Below are positions 1-13,433 of a stretch of 64,000 nt of DNA, piece after piece. Location: the NCBI RefSeq assembly GCF_018977255.1, contig NW_024704756.1, forward strand, positions 13,702,001 through 13,766,000, in the 5' to 3' direction. The first letter of the stretch is position 1. Every line of letters starts with the position of its first letter. The translations under genes and the position numbers were made by a program. This DNA comes from Callorhinchus milii. Lineage: Eukaryota. Below the pieces are notes generated by a model. It had not been told where the DNA came from. It saw only the letters and a program-made list of their open reading frames with translations, and did not search any database.

Positions 1-134
1 GCAATGATCAGTAGATTTCTTCCAGGATAAAAGTGCTAAATGATCATTTGTAACTACATTACTTTGGACAAATACACCCAAATTAACTTGTAATAAATCT
101 GTAATAAATCACATTTCTTGTTCTGTTTTTACAG

Positions 135-1299
135 ATGGAGCACAATGATTTGAAGTTAGAAGGTTAGACATAACACCTACCCCTGGCCTCCTAGGCTAAA
201 CTATATCAGTTGTGCCAGACCTGCTGCATTGTTCCAAGATTTGGAGCATGTCCCAGTACTGTGAGTCAACGAAGATCAAGATCAAGATTTGAGTAAATTG
301 GTGGCCATTCTGCAGGATATCCCCAGAATTCACATTCAAGTCCTCTTTTGACTGGAGCATAATCAATGGTGCAATTTAATTTGTTGATAGATGTCAAATC
401 TGATTCAGTGCAGGAGTCTGCTTATCAGAAAGCCACGTTAAGCTACATTAGCAACGCCATTATTTATTTGATGTCTGTTTCTCTTATTATTCCATATACT
501 CCTTAGTGCTTATATTAGAGAGGTGAAGAAATGTTGGTACATACATTTTTTGTGTTAACATTCTGAAAATAGAAGAACACTCTTTAACCGATTTGCCACT
601 TATTGAGACTTTGAAATATTGAATTTGCAGCCAGAACTATAATAAGAGCCCAAATCCTTAACTCAATACAAAGCACCCCCACAAACCAAATATATACCAT
701 TCCAAAGGTGGGAAAAACAGAACTGCACTGAGGTAGATGTTTGCTTCTTGTATACAGTTAGCTTTCATAATCAGTCCTAATTCTATCTTCCTGAGTTCAC
801 TGTCACAAAAAGTTTACGTCACAACAGAATCTATTACTTAAATGCTTTAACTCTAATGATACTTTTTTAATATTTGATGTTAGGGCATGTTTTTATGTTT
901 TAATGTGCAATTTGAAACAGAATGTGATGGTAAATGTAATTTACCTCCCAATGTAATGACACAAAAGGATGCGATTTACTTTGTACAAGGAGAAAGAAAT
1001 TGTGTTTTATTTCTATTATAAATACGTGTTACTTGTGCAATACAATGTTCTAAAAGCTTGCAAAGAATTTTTTCTAAGATTTCTGAGTTAAAAACTGGAT
1101 CTACTTATTGTGCGATTTAACTTGTGAAAATTAACAATATGTATGGAAGAAAAATCAGCCTTTGGCAAGTAATGCTAAGCGCTTGATATATATCTGAAAC
1201 TTGATATATATCTATATACTGTGACCAATACATGTCAGAGGAATACAACACAGACACATTATCCTTTGTATGCCTATTTTGAAACCCATGAAAAATAAA
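135..1299 (+). other. Possible terminal exon / 3' UTR of an upstream gene
   Basis: Good acceptor (ttctgtttttacag) ending at 134, stops within ~40 nt, AT-rich UTR-like sequence, AATAAA at 1294-1299. Identity not recognisable. Confidence 0.25.
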
Positions 1300-4200
1300 T
1301 GATGGTAGTGTTATGTGAGTGTATTAAGGTGTTGTGCATGGAATGGTAGCCTTGACTCTCATTTCCCCTCATAGCTATTTGCTCATCTAAATTTAACTCT
1401 TTGAGGAAAGGTATAGAATGGGAGTGTTAGTTATGAAATGAACCTGCAATTGATAGGTAAACCATTGAAGCTCTGTTACTTGTCAGATGCCACATAATGT
1501 ATAACCTTTCAAGTATCACTTACATTAAGAATGAGCATTCAAAGACATTGCAAGTACATGGGATAATGTTGTCATTTTCAGGTTGTCAGCTGAGAAAGTG
1601 CCTGCAACGTGTCACTGCAGCACGACCTGATTGTCCTCGCAGAAATGTGGGAGATGAAACGTTTTGCAATTTTTGCAGTATCTGCTGCTGGAATTTCATG
1701 TAACTGAGGTTTCCTCAACGTTATCAGCAATGAACAAGTTGAGGAAAAGGACTGTTTTGATGCCATTGACTCTATATCTACACACACAGTATTCCGTACA
1801 CTGGAATTCTATTTGGATAGATGTTAACTTGCAGGCCAACCTGATCATCCATCTATGTTGCAATAATGTTGAACGTACCTACATATTAAAGGGTGAAATA
1901 AAATGCAATATGGACCAATTAAAATTCTGCTCTTCATAGGAATCACAATGTCTTGGGAGGTATTTCTGCTTTCTCAGTTCTTACCTGTAAACTGCTTTGC
2001 CCTTGTGTTCAGTCTAACATTGAAAAGTGCTGTAATAACATTGTAACATCCTTAGAGAATGTCAGCTTGGTAGGTCACGTCCTTGTAATAAATAACCAAA
2101 AGATGGGATTATTTTAGTTGAAAGGGCAACTCGTTTCAGAACTGTGGCAAATGTGGCCTATCACCATGACTTGCATGAGGTATTCTTTGCATACTGATCA
2201 TCTCCCTGTTGTGTGCCAACTTCAAATAGTGTGTGTCAACAGGCACTTGTTATTCATTAACATTTAGCAATAGTCTGGAATGCACAGGAAAGCTAGATTT
2301 GCATGAATCTTTAAATGGGTTACTATTACATTCTTCCAAAAAAGTGTTGAAGCGGAAAATGTAGCATTTATTTGGAACTTTCAGGTCTAGAGATCTCTTG
2401 AAGCATACTGCAAAGTCTCAACATTTTTAGAAATATCCATTCCTTACGGTTAATTGACCTTGGACGCAATCCTTGTGTCAGATACTTCAATCATTTGAAA
2501 AAGTTATAATGCAGTCACTATACTTACCAAAAAACAATTTCAATTTCAATTTGGAGGACACATTGTAATAAAGAGTGTTTGTTTCACTTATGTATTTTCC
2601 CTTCCAATATTCTACTATTTTGACTCCTTTTCTTTTCATTGTTACGAGTACGTGGGTGCCAGGTGCCCTCCAGTGATTCATGTAAGTGGTCATTATTCAT
2701 GTGTGAGCCTTGACCGTGAGCATTGGCAGGTTACGTAATTGTGTGCGGCATTGCAGCTGAGTCCTATCCTACCCTCACCTGCTACCCAAACATCTTCCAG
2801 CAAGGGTTTCTGGAGTGTGAGAAGGTTATTTATTCACTCTCTAATCTAACCCAGAGGTCCTGAGGTCAATTGGAATGATTCAAACGTTAAAAAAAAAGGC
2901 TAAAGTGTATGTTATTTTTTTATATTTTCACCCGCAAAACCTTTGATTCTTTGAATAAGATTTACTTACAACCAATTGACATCTCACATTTGCAAACATC
3001 TACAGTTATCATGCCCTTAAGAAACATCACCAATGATATTACAACAGCTTGGCCAACATACTATTGCACATAATGCCAGCAATAATTCTCTGGAGGCTGA
3101 AACCCCTTTGTCTACAACCATTCAAGTTACTGGGTACTGCAGTCAGGAGGAAGGGTATGTAAGACAACAATGTAGGATTGTAGAAGGAACAAGAGAATTT
3201 TAAAAACATGGATGAAAGAAATACATTTTGAAAAATATTTTCTAGGCTTCAAGGCCAGATCCAACCTTCTCCTTGTCATAAATCTAAAATGTTAATAACT
3301 GTATAATCGTGGCCTTGCCAGGGTGAGTTATCAAGGTGCTGGAAGTGTTCCAGTTGCTTACTCTGGGAACTTGGTTGCTGCCAATTTCTCAGTGCTGTCT
3401 CATTGCAGACATGATTAAGCTGCAACTTATAGTTTCCCATCCCTTGCGACCTAGGAGATCACATTGATTTTGTCTATCATCTTCCATTGGCTTTCTTCCT
3501 CTTTGGGTCAGAGAATGGGGAATGAATCTCTGGGTCATTTTGCATTTTAAAATGTTTTTCAACAACAACAAAATTACATTTGTATAGTGCCTGTCACGTT
3601 GGGAGGACGTCCCAAGGCACAAAACAGTTGCCGTTTTATCTGGGTCTCAACTGTGCTACTTCTGCAATTCCTCTCCAGCACAGGCAAATAACTCACATTT
3701 ATAAACATTGGCATATTTTTCTCATTTATTTATATAAATGTAATCTGGATCAATTTAAATACAACAACAACTTGCATCTATACAAATGTAATCTTGTTGT
3801 TATATAATGCCTCTCACCCAGGGTAGCATCCTAGAAATCATGAGGGCCAGTTTCTATTGGTAACAACATAGATAAATCAGCAATGGGGTATTTACAGAGG
3901 TTGACAAACAACTGGAGGAAAATGTATTTATCTTACATATCAAATGAGAGGAGGACTGTATTGCATAGGAGGACTGTATAACAACATGCCAGTCACATGG
4001 TATAAAGCTGAGTTAATATACTTCAATGCAGATTAAAATGTGGATTTTTTCCAGCACTTTAATCAGAATAAATTGACTACAATCTTAAAGCGAGATTAGA
4101 GGATGGTGTAAAGCACTCAAAACACACAATTCGTTTTTTCCCCCCTTTAAATATTGTCTTCTTGGTTTCTCTCTCNTTTTTTTGCTGGGATTGAAATGGT

Positions 4201-4549
4201 CCCAAGCCTCCACCAATGTTATTCTTCTGGGGGCCATCTTCTCAGCCTTCGTGACCTCAATGGTGGTACTAGAAGCCTCAAATTTAAGTACATGGTATTA
4301 AAATGTACAATCTTGGAAAACTATTAAATGTAGTCCTAAAATGAAAGTTGCATTCCCACAGTTCTTAAACAGAAAAATTAAAAATCAAGACTTCAGGAGA
4401 CTCGGGAATTTGGCAATTAGCCTGTGAGCAGGAGCCCTGGCGGGGATTGGTGGCAGAAACTGGTGGCGGAAAAAAGGTTTTGTAGGTTTCGATTTTAAAA
4501 AAAAATTACAAAATAAGGCACCCGGCCAAAGGCGCTCTTTAACACACAA

Positions 4550-4665
4550 AAACATTTTTTGGGGGGTCAGCCGGGTGTCTGACACACGTGGAAACCCATC
4601 ACCACGCTCAAGAGCATCCAAACCAGAGGATCCCAACCACGCATGAACATCCCAGAGATAAATTG
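4550..4665 (-). repeat. Dispersed repeat, copy 1 (second copy at ~60970-61090)
   Basis: Reverse complement shares GATGGGTTTCC...GTGTCAGACACCCGGCTGACC...AAAAAATG with 61046-61090. Confidence 0.7.
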
Positions 4666-4737
4666 TTAATAATAATTAATTATTAATGTTAATAATAATT
4701 AATAATATTATTATTATTATTAGGGTCAAAAAAAAAT

Positions 4738-5030
4738 CCCACCCCCAATCCCCTCTCCCACCCACACCAACCCCCCCAATCCCCTCTCCCCACCCACACC
4801 ACCCCTCACCCCCCCCCATCCCCTCACCCCCCCCCCATCCCCTCACACCCCCCCATCCCCTCACACCCCCCCCATCCCCTCACACCCCCACATCCCCTCA
4901 CCCCCCCCCCCCCACAATCCCCTCACCCCCCCCCCCACAATCCCCTCACCCCCCCACAATCCCCTCACCCCCCCCCCACAATCCCCTCCCCCCCCCCACA
5001 ATCCCCTCACCCCCCCCCGCCCCCACCAAT
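4738..5030. repeat. C-rich minisatellite (approx. CCCCCCACAATCCCCTCA units) upstream of PGRMC1
   Basis: Directly visible degenerate tandem array. It produces the spurious Pro-rich N-terminus of ORF 4686-5627. Confidence 0.9.
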
Positions 5031-5049
5031 CCGGGGGCCACACCACACA

Positions 5050-5500
5050 CTGTCTTGTCCGCAAGTCACATTGAACAGCGGCGAGGGTGCAGTACCCGAT
5101 CCTCCAACCCAGGGGGCGCCGCTCCCGCCGTCGCGGGCACTCGGGGAGGCGCTGAAGCGAGGGGCTGGAAGATGGCGGCGGTGGAGGAGGAAGATGGCGC
5201 GTCTGGTTTGCTGCAGGAGATCTTCAGCAGCCCACTCAACATCAGCCTGCTCTTCCTCTGCCTCTTCCTCCTGTACAAGATCGTGCGGGGCGACCGGCCG
5301 TCGGGGGGCGGCGACAAGGGGGAGGGCGAGCAGGAGCTGCCCCGCCTGAAGAGGGACTTCACGGCGGCCGAGATGCGCCCGTTCGACGGGGAGAACGAGC
5401 CCCGGATCCTGATCGCCGTCAACGGCAAAGTTTTCGACGTGACCAAAGGGAGGAAGTTCTACGGACGCGGTGAGGCCGCGCGGGTCGAGGGTGTGGGGGG
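5050..5500. promoter_or_regulatory. CpG-island promoter of PGRMC1, with a YY1-type motif AAGATGGCGGCG overlapping the start codon
   Basis: High GC/CpG density. AAGATGGCGGCG at 5169-5180. Confidence 0.65.
5172..5469 (+). CDS. PGRMC1: Progesterone receptor membrane component 1, coding exon 1
   Basis: [40 protein letters not shown]...[21 protein letters not shown]: TM helix plus start of the cytochrome b5-like domain. Donor G|GTGAGG. Confidence 0.96.
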
Positions 5501-8500
5501 GAGTGGGAGGAGGTGGGGGGGGGGGTTCCTCTGCCGCCTGTCTCTTCAACTCCCCCCCCCACCCCACACACACACACACACCGTTAACCTCTCACTCTCC
5601 CCCCACACCGGGTTCGCCAGAAATTGAAACGAAATAATAATAATAATAATCATCATCATCATCATCGTCGTCGTGATCGTTGCATTTTGATACAGCGCCT
5701 TCTCACGTGCCTTTGGGACGTCTCAAAGCGCTTGACGGGGTATCCTGCAAAGTGGGCGTCACTGCTGTGTTTTATAGGGCCAAACAAAAGGCAGCCGATC
5801 TGCACCCGGCGCTGTCTGTCTGTCTGTCGGTCTGTCTGTGTCTGTCTGTCTGTGTCTGTCTCTGCCCCACACACAGCCCACCCGGTCAGCAGAGCGAATG
5901 ACCCCTATTGTTTATAGTAACTGTTTTTTTTAAGTAAATTTCTGGCTATGGTTTTAAATGGCTTGGGGGTGGGGGGGTGGGGGGGGCAACCTCTGTTAGT
6001 TATGCCGGATATTAAAATACAACAACAATAACAACAACAACAAACCATTGCATTTGTACGACGCCTTTCACGCCAGGAAGACGTCCCAAGGCGCTTCTGG
6101 GCTACATGCAAACAAACACACACGTACGTCACCCAAAGTCAACCGAATACTAAACCCGTAAAGGTAATTATTATTACTGTGGGCAGCAGAGCGAACGATT
6201 TATGTAGGTTCAGTGCTTTTGAAACCGTGGTCAGCTCTTCGGGGGGCGGTGGGCGGTGGGAAAGATGTGCATATTTACATTTAAATTTTAAAAATTAGGC
6301 ACCTGCCCAAAGCTGTTATTCACGCACAGTACTTTCTGTCCAATACCAAAAAAAATCACGCCCCAATTAAAAATGAGTAAAAACCCACCCAATCTGGGCA
6401 CACTGCCCTCAACCTCCAGGGTCGCCACACTCTCGTCTGTTCGGCCAGTTTTTTTTTTTGTTTTGTATTTTTTAAATGGATTTGTAATTTTTTTTAACAT
6501 TTTTAATGTAGATTTTTTTTAAATGGAGGTTGGGTGTTTTTTTATACGGAGACAGGCGCAGCTCTGCTCCCTCTCTTCCCTCTGCGGATGAGAAACCGCG
6601 ACACATTTGCCTGCAAAATGCACGGTCGCTAACCCCTGGACTACGATTTGTTTTTGAAGGTGCTCTGTTAAATGGGAGGATTATTATTCACCGATGCTTG
6701 TCTCAAATCTGAGCAGCTCGCACGTACACTTCTGTAACTGGGTGTGGCACAGAGACATTCCCTCACCCTGTACATGGAGTTTCTTTATAAACATCAAAGC
6801 TGCGGTTTGCGCTAGTTTTATTTTACTCCTATACTCGATTTTAGTAGCTTATTTTTCTCTGCTGGACAGGCTGTAGTTCCAGATTGTCTGTGGGCAGGCT
6901 TTGTTACGTTGTGACCTCCACAATCCCACGCCTACGCATGCATTTGTAAAAGCTGGCTTCTCACATGGTACAGCCTGCCATGTTATCACTGTGCTGGCAG
7001 CTGTATCCTTGACCAAGTTCACGTTATCTTGCCTTGTGTTCAAGGGTTGTTTTGAAGGAGTAAGATTCTGTACACAATTAGAGGCATAATATCAGTCCCA
7101 TGAGACATGTTCAAGGTTTGTCAATGCTGTGTGATGTTATCAGTCACCTTATGGTTGGTGGTTCACATTTTTTAAAACAAACGCAGAAGATTACAGAGAA
7201 ATTTTAATTTCTGCTTTTTTGTCTTTTTTCTCCCTCTTTTTCTCTTCCCCCCCCCCTCCCCCGACACTGTATTAGGAAAGGCTGCATTGTATCTGGATGT
7301 GGGGTCAAAAAATTGAGTGCAGTTCTCTTCAGAACACTACTTGAGTGTTGGTTTTAATTCATACATGGCCCTGGACGGTGAGGTTGGTCAGGTTAATTTA
7401 CAATGAGGAACCATCACGGCCAATCCAGTTGTCACCTGCATCCACACATGCAGGCTTTTTGAAGTGGAGGGATCTGTTGGATAGAGAGCAGGAACATTGA
7501 CTGATCTATTTGTTCCCTCTTCCTGATCCTTGGTGTTTTAAGGGCCATTGTGTGTCTTACTGATAGCAAAAAGTGAAGCAGCAAGATTAGATATCTTGTT
7601 TCATGGTAACAGCTCACATTATTTTAAAAATTTAACAGGGACTAGTACACAACTGTAATAATTGCATTTTGTCTTGGAGGCATCGTGGGTACGAGATCCA
7701 CTATCCAAGGAATTATAAGTAATATTTCAACTGTTTACATGCATCTATCTTAGTATTCAATATGTGAAACGTTAAACAACAGGGTATGTGCCACTCTCCA
7801 TGGTAATACAATATAGTTCTCACAACTACATTGTGCCCTTGGCAATTGTATGTCTTATCTACAGGCCCTGAGGGTAATGACATTTTTAGAGAAGAACACA
7901 ACAGATGTACACAGTTGTGGCAGGATTAACTAGCTGGAGGCAAAATAGGAATGTGAGTTGCAAACCAAAGTTGTTAAATGGTGAGCTATTTTTTCATCTG
8001 ATGACTGGAGAGAAATAAATCCAATCTTTTACTGAATTTACTGAATACTTGCCATTCAGTCTGCAGAAACATATGTGAAAAGATTAATTTGATCATCATT
8101 GGGGATGGTATCAGTAATATTCAAAACTGTTCAGATTAGCACCATCTCCTGTAATCTAATAAAACAACTACTCCCTCAGGTCATATAACATTGAAAGCTG
8201 AGAGATCAAGCTGAGATGGGGGCAAGTAAGAAGTCTGAGGTATCAAGGGATGGGACAGCGATCCTCTCCTTTCTGTTGAAGATGTGCTGCAGCCTCTATC
8301 GGGAACATTTTATGGTTTGGTGCTCCCCAAAGCTCTGCCACCTTGGTGATACTGCCAAACCCTTTGACATTTCCGCTGCTGCCTTTGATCAGATAACCTG
8401 TTAATTTTCATGGGCTGGAATATCTCAAATTGAAATACCAAAATTCTCAATAATAGAAATTCTGCCATGCCTTTCTTTCTGGTGCTCTAAAAGAAATTAC

Positions 8501-9797
8501 AAGAAATCTGCAATCCTTCACATGCTTTTCAGATGCTCTTATACAAATACAAAGTCACTACAGTTTATAGTAACTCCCGTGAATCACTTTGGGCGCTGTA
8601 TCAAGCGCATTTTTTAAAATTATTGTTAACCAGAAATGTTTATTATATTGTCATCCAAACTAGATCTAATTTTGTTAACTGTACTGAGAATAAAACCCAA
8701 ACGCAAAATACTCCAGATGCTGGAAATCTGAAAACAATTTGTTCTCTTGAATTCAGAAAGAGAGAGACAACAAAGGGAGTGCAGTACTAAAATAGGAGCA
8801 GAGTAGCAGCAAACTTGCAAAACTGATCTTCATAATCACAAGGAAAATCTGAACTTGCCAGTATTGATACGGTATCTGGGCCTTTAATCATATACATCGT
8901 AATCGTGGCCCATTAACTGAGATTTCATCATGCTGTTACATGCACTCTGGACTAACATTTCAACAGGCTCATTAAAATGGGTCTTGTTTTGAATAAACGT
9001 CCCTGATAAGGGAGCTGGAAGCTGCATAATGCCTAGCCAGTCAGCGTTCAGTAGAAATGGACCAAAGCTTAGCTAGAATTTGATTGAATTCTTTCACCTG
9101 TATGGTATTCTGATTCAGTAATGGTATATTAACAACTGTATATTGAATATCCAATTTTAGTAAAAAGGGCTGTATTTGATCAAACTTACAAACCGTATTG
9201 AGAGTTGCACTTTCATTAGTAACTTGTGTCTTTTTAAATTCTTGGCCAAGACTAAAAAAATACATTTACTGAGAAATTTACACAGGATAGACTCTGCAGT
9301 TGTGATCAAATTTATTGAGTTTTAACTAGTAATTGGTCTACCAGTGCTGCCATTGTTTAACGATCTTTTGCTTTGCAAGCTACTTGACAACTGGTTCAGA
9401 CAGTTTTGAAGTTTGGTAGCCTGTGACAGCTGGTGTCTGTTTATGGCAAAGGAAGATTTTTTTGATTGGGAGAGGGAAAAGAACGATCGTATCATTTCTT
9501 TCAGGCTTTACATTGTTTCTTGGTTGTTTCATTCTTTGTTGATGATTTTCTAAATAAAAAAAATGACATCAAACTAGGCAGAACAATCCAACAGCTCCCA
9601 ATTAGTACAATTAATACTTGCATTAATGGGTACATTGTTAAGCTAAGTCCTGTACCATTTCCATAAGCACTAAAGTCTTGAACCCTTTGAGCAAAGACCT
9701 TGTCCCATCCCACTATAAGGATTGTTGTCAAGTTAGGGGAATGTCATTTGGAAAGCAAATTACACTATTGTTGATAACTTAATTTTCTTTTGACCAG

Positions 9798-9953
9798 ATG
9801 GTCCTTACGGCGTTTTTGCTGGAAGAGATGCATCAAGGGGCCTCGCTACATTCTGCCTGGACGAAGAGGCGCTGAAGGATGAATATGACGACTTGTCTGA
9901 TCTCAACGCCATGCAGCAGGAAAGTCTTCAAGAGTGGGAGATGCAGTTCACTC
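9798..9953 (+). CDS. PGRMC1: PGRMC1 coding exon 2
   Basis: ccag| (D)[51 protein letters not shown] |GTAAGT. 156 nt, phase 1-1. Confidence 0.97.
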
Positions 9954-10177
9954 GTAAGTATCGTTGTTGTTTGATGATGGCCGGCTGAAGGGCAGGTGCT
10001 TTATCAAGGATTTTCATAAAAATATTGTAGTTTCAAGTCCCGTACTTTGCCTTGCGAGTAATGAGATGCAGCCCAGTAGAGAGGGAACCTTACAGTGAAG
10101 GAAGATGTTTTTCAGAGGAACCCTAGCCCTCTGATGGTAAAGTTTATATTCTTATCTTTGTTTCTGATCTTTTCCAG

Positions 10178-10278
10178 AGAAATATTATTATGTTGGGAAG
10201 CTGTTGAAACCCGGAGAAGAGCCGACAGAATACACAGACGAAGAGGATACAAAAGAGGCTAAAGAATTAAAGGAATAA
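10178..10278 (+). CDS. PGRMC1: PGRMC1 coding exon 3
   Basis: tttccag| (Q)KYYYVGKLLKPGEEPTEYTDEEDTKEAKELKE*. Confidence 0.96.
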
Positions 10279-11338
10279 AGTTCTGCAGTTTGGAGAGATC
10301 TATTTTTGTACAATTATCCAACACAAAAGCAAAACTATTCCAATTTTTTTGAGTGAGCTTCTGGTAATAATGGGGGGAATGGTATAATTGTTCAGTCAAT
10401 ATTTCAGTGTTAAACGACTGGTTAAGTTGCTAATGGGGTGGGTGGGGTCGGGGGGGGGGCTACAGATTGAAATTTGGCTTTGGATGAGGGGAAGCATCTT
10501 GTACAACTTAATCTGTAAATATTTTAACTAAAATACACGCATCAATCCCAGCCAGGCCAGGGCAACGAGTTCTGCCAGACCACAAGTCTTTTATAACCAC
10601 GGTAACAAATTCAACCCAAGTTACTGGAGGCATTTTAACCAAACTACTTTCTGGTTTCATTATTAATGGGCGGGTGGGGAAAAGCCCTGTATGAAACAAT
10701 AATACATTTGTTTATCTTCCTACAAAAACTAATGTTTTATTTAGCCATAGTTGGATATCTAGAAATATTTTTACCAGAGATATGGGAGTGGGTGTAAACC
10801 AGGTTGAACACCAAACTGATATGATCTGGAGTCACTGTAGGGAGAGCTGTTTATTACTGCTGGAAGCATGTTGCTGTTCTTGGGGAAAGTGTGCTTGCCA
10901 GGAGCAGAGCCTCTGTGCTAGCATGGAGCAATACCTTAAGCGGGTTAAATTGGCCAATGCTTGAGACTTTACAGGGAGCGTTATGTGGGCATGCTTAGCC
11001 AAAAACCAAGTTCCCTTAAATGTAATTTACAACTTGGTCCATTTTAAAATAAATACAAAGAAACATTCCGCTATTTATAAAGAAAGCAGAATAGTTAGTT
11101 TCAGTACATTTTCTAAAATGGAGGAGATAATGTAGCCGTTTGTGCTCTGTATTGTGAAGTACTGCAGCTGTCTGTATGAATTAAGAATTTCTGTGGTTTC
11201 CTCTTGAATTCAAAAGAATTGACTTAATTTGGAAGCCTGTGTCTTAATTGGACCTCTTCTAACTGGGTCTGTTGGATAACAAAATATGATTAACTGTATA
11301 TCAAATATTGCAAACTGTTGTGTTTAAATCTTTGTTGA

Positions 11339-11344
11339 AATAAA
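11339..11344 (+). terminator. Probable PGRMC1 polyadenylation signal
   Basis: AATAAA about 1.06 kb after the stop, followed by T-rich sequence. Confidence 0.55.
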
Positions 11345-11775
11345 GACTGAATAACTACTTGGAATTTAATCAAACTTTCGTTTTTCTGAAGCCTTCGAAC
11401 CATGTTTGTGTTTTCATAAACTAGCTGTCTGAGTCAGGTTCCTCTTGCCGACAAAATATACAGTAAATTCACTTTACAGTATATTCTGTGAAGCGCTTTG
11501 AGATGTCTCGAAGGCCAGGCACTATATCAAATGCAAGGATTATTATTAATATAAAGCAACCTTTTTTCCCCTTGTGAAAGCTGATAATGTCTGGGTAGTT
11601 ACCTGGGTGCCAGCAACTTACATATCTCTCCGAAGTATTCATTTTCAATGTTTGGATCTAGACTCAGTATCAACAAGGACTTTGACCAACCAAGGCCAAC
11701 ATATCCTTACTCAATCTCCAGGCATGTTCTTTCATAGTTAAAAAAAACAAGTGACCATCTGAAGAGCAAAGGCAC

Positions 11776-11781
11776 TTTATT
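11776..11781 (-). terminator. Candidate AKAP17B polyadenylation signal
   Basis: TTTATT on + (AATAAA on -) downstream of the last AKAP17B exon. An alternative lies at 13226-13231. Confidence 0.35.
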
Positions 11782-12321
11782 TGCATTACACGTTTCACCA
11801 GTACAGCAAAATATCATGTACATCAATTCTGGCCAAACCTTATCAAAGCCTCGAACCTAATGGCCAGCTTTGATGAAGGCCACTGGATAATATCAATTGT
11901 GCAATATACCAGGATCATATTAAATATTTGCACAGGAAACAATCGATCAATTCTTTAGCATAAAGTGGTGGAATGTTCTGATCTGAGCAGCAACCCTGAC
12001 CTGTGCAAGAAAGGAAAGATCATCTAAGTACCTATGTGGACCCTGGCATTATTCACAGTATAAACTCACAATAATTCTTGAAAGGATTCTAAAAGGATTA
12101 TTTTGTGGGCGTTTCGCCTTTAAGATGTGGTAGAGAAACGGTTCAAATCTATTATATACAGCAAGAAAGACACTGAAGTATTTGTGATGTGAGAAAAAGT
12201 TGATTTTCATATTACCACAACTGGGCTAGTTTGTAAGTGGAATTTGCGCCAGTTTTTCTTTAAAAAAAACTTATAAATTAAATTTAGTTTTCCATAATTT
12301 GTTCCCAGACAGTCCAAACAT

Positions 12322-12490
12322 CTACAGTAAACTCCTGATAACTTGACCCTGACTTAACTTGTCACTACCACTTAAGTCATCATGCTGTCAATATCATGGC
12401 TGCATTTATTTATGTATGTATACATATGCCTAACTCACAATGCAGGATAACTTTCTCCTTGGAGTGACGAGTTATCAGGAGCTGATATTC
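12322..12490. mobile_element. Tigger/pogo-like MITE remnant
   Basis: TACAGTAAACTCCTGATAACT at the left end and inverted AGTTATCAGGAG at ~12470-12481. Confidence 0.45.
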
Positions 12491-13433
12491 GTATCAACAA
12501 ATGCATTCTTAAAGCAAATTTATAAAAAAACGTCAGATTTTTCTTGGTAGAAATGAAGTGAGAACTGACTTAACCCTTTGTCTGTATTCTAGAAAAAGTA
12601 AAAGCATTTACACAGAAATGCTATTTTAAAAATTGATTAACTATTGTAATAAAGTTCTTTTGTAAAACTATTGGAGTGATTGTAATTCCAATGGTTTCAC
12701 TTCCATGCATATTATGACTTTTGCACCCACATTTCACCCACAAAACATAGTCAATTCACTTTACTGTATATTCGGTGAAGCGCTTTGAGACGTCTAAAAG
12801 ACATGATAAGGCCAAATGAAAGGATTATTATTTATTATTTTCTGCAAACTAACCATCAAATCCCTTGTAATGGCTGGCAGCGCGCACAATCCTGCTGTAC
12901 CTGTGTCTAATACACAGACTGAACAATATGGTAGATCCCAATGTGGATGATACTGACATTCCACTGCAAAGTGGATGAGGCTATCTTCATGGATTATTAA
13001 AAACAACAGATCATTTGTTTTTTCCAGCTGAGTCTGGGTATGAAGGGTCGCAAGACAAGACTCATTCTGTTATTTACCACCCTCCCCCATGCCTTTACAG
13101 AGGAATGAATGATCGCTAGCCAGTCAATCCATTACACTCACTTGACCATATATTGGAACAAGTGGCTTGGTGTCTGGGCCATGTATTCACATAGTTTGGT
13201 GTGAAATACATTCAGATTAATTGATTTTATTTTGTCCTTAAATAATAGGCAATAACCTTAAATTTTGACCTTAAATAATAGGCTTTAAAAACTCAATTGA
13301 TCCTTTAGGTAGTCTCTGAAATTCAGGCAAATGTTAAATACATGTTCGGACCCCATTTTGAATTGTATAGATTAGCTTTTTAAATGATGCGCTGTAGTTT
13401 AACCTATTTAATTGCAGATGAACTTTGTTTCCA

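Noticed and set aside
4686-5171. Pro-rich N-terminal extension of the PGRMC1 ORF
   Set aside because: Translation of a C-rich minisatellite. The conserved protein begins at ATG 5172.
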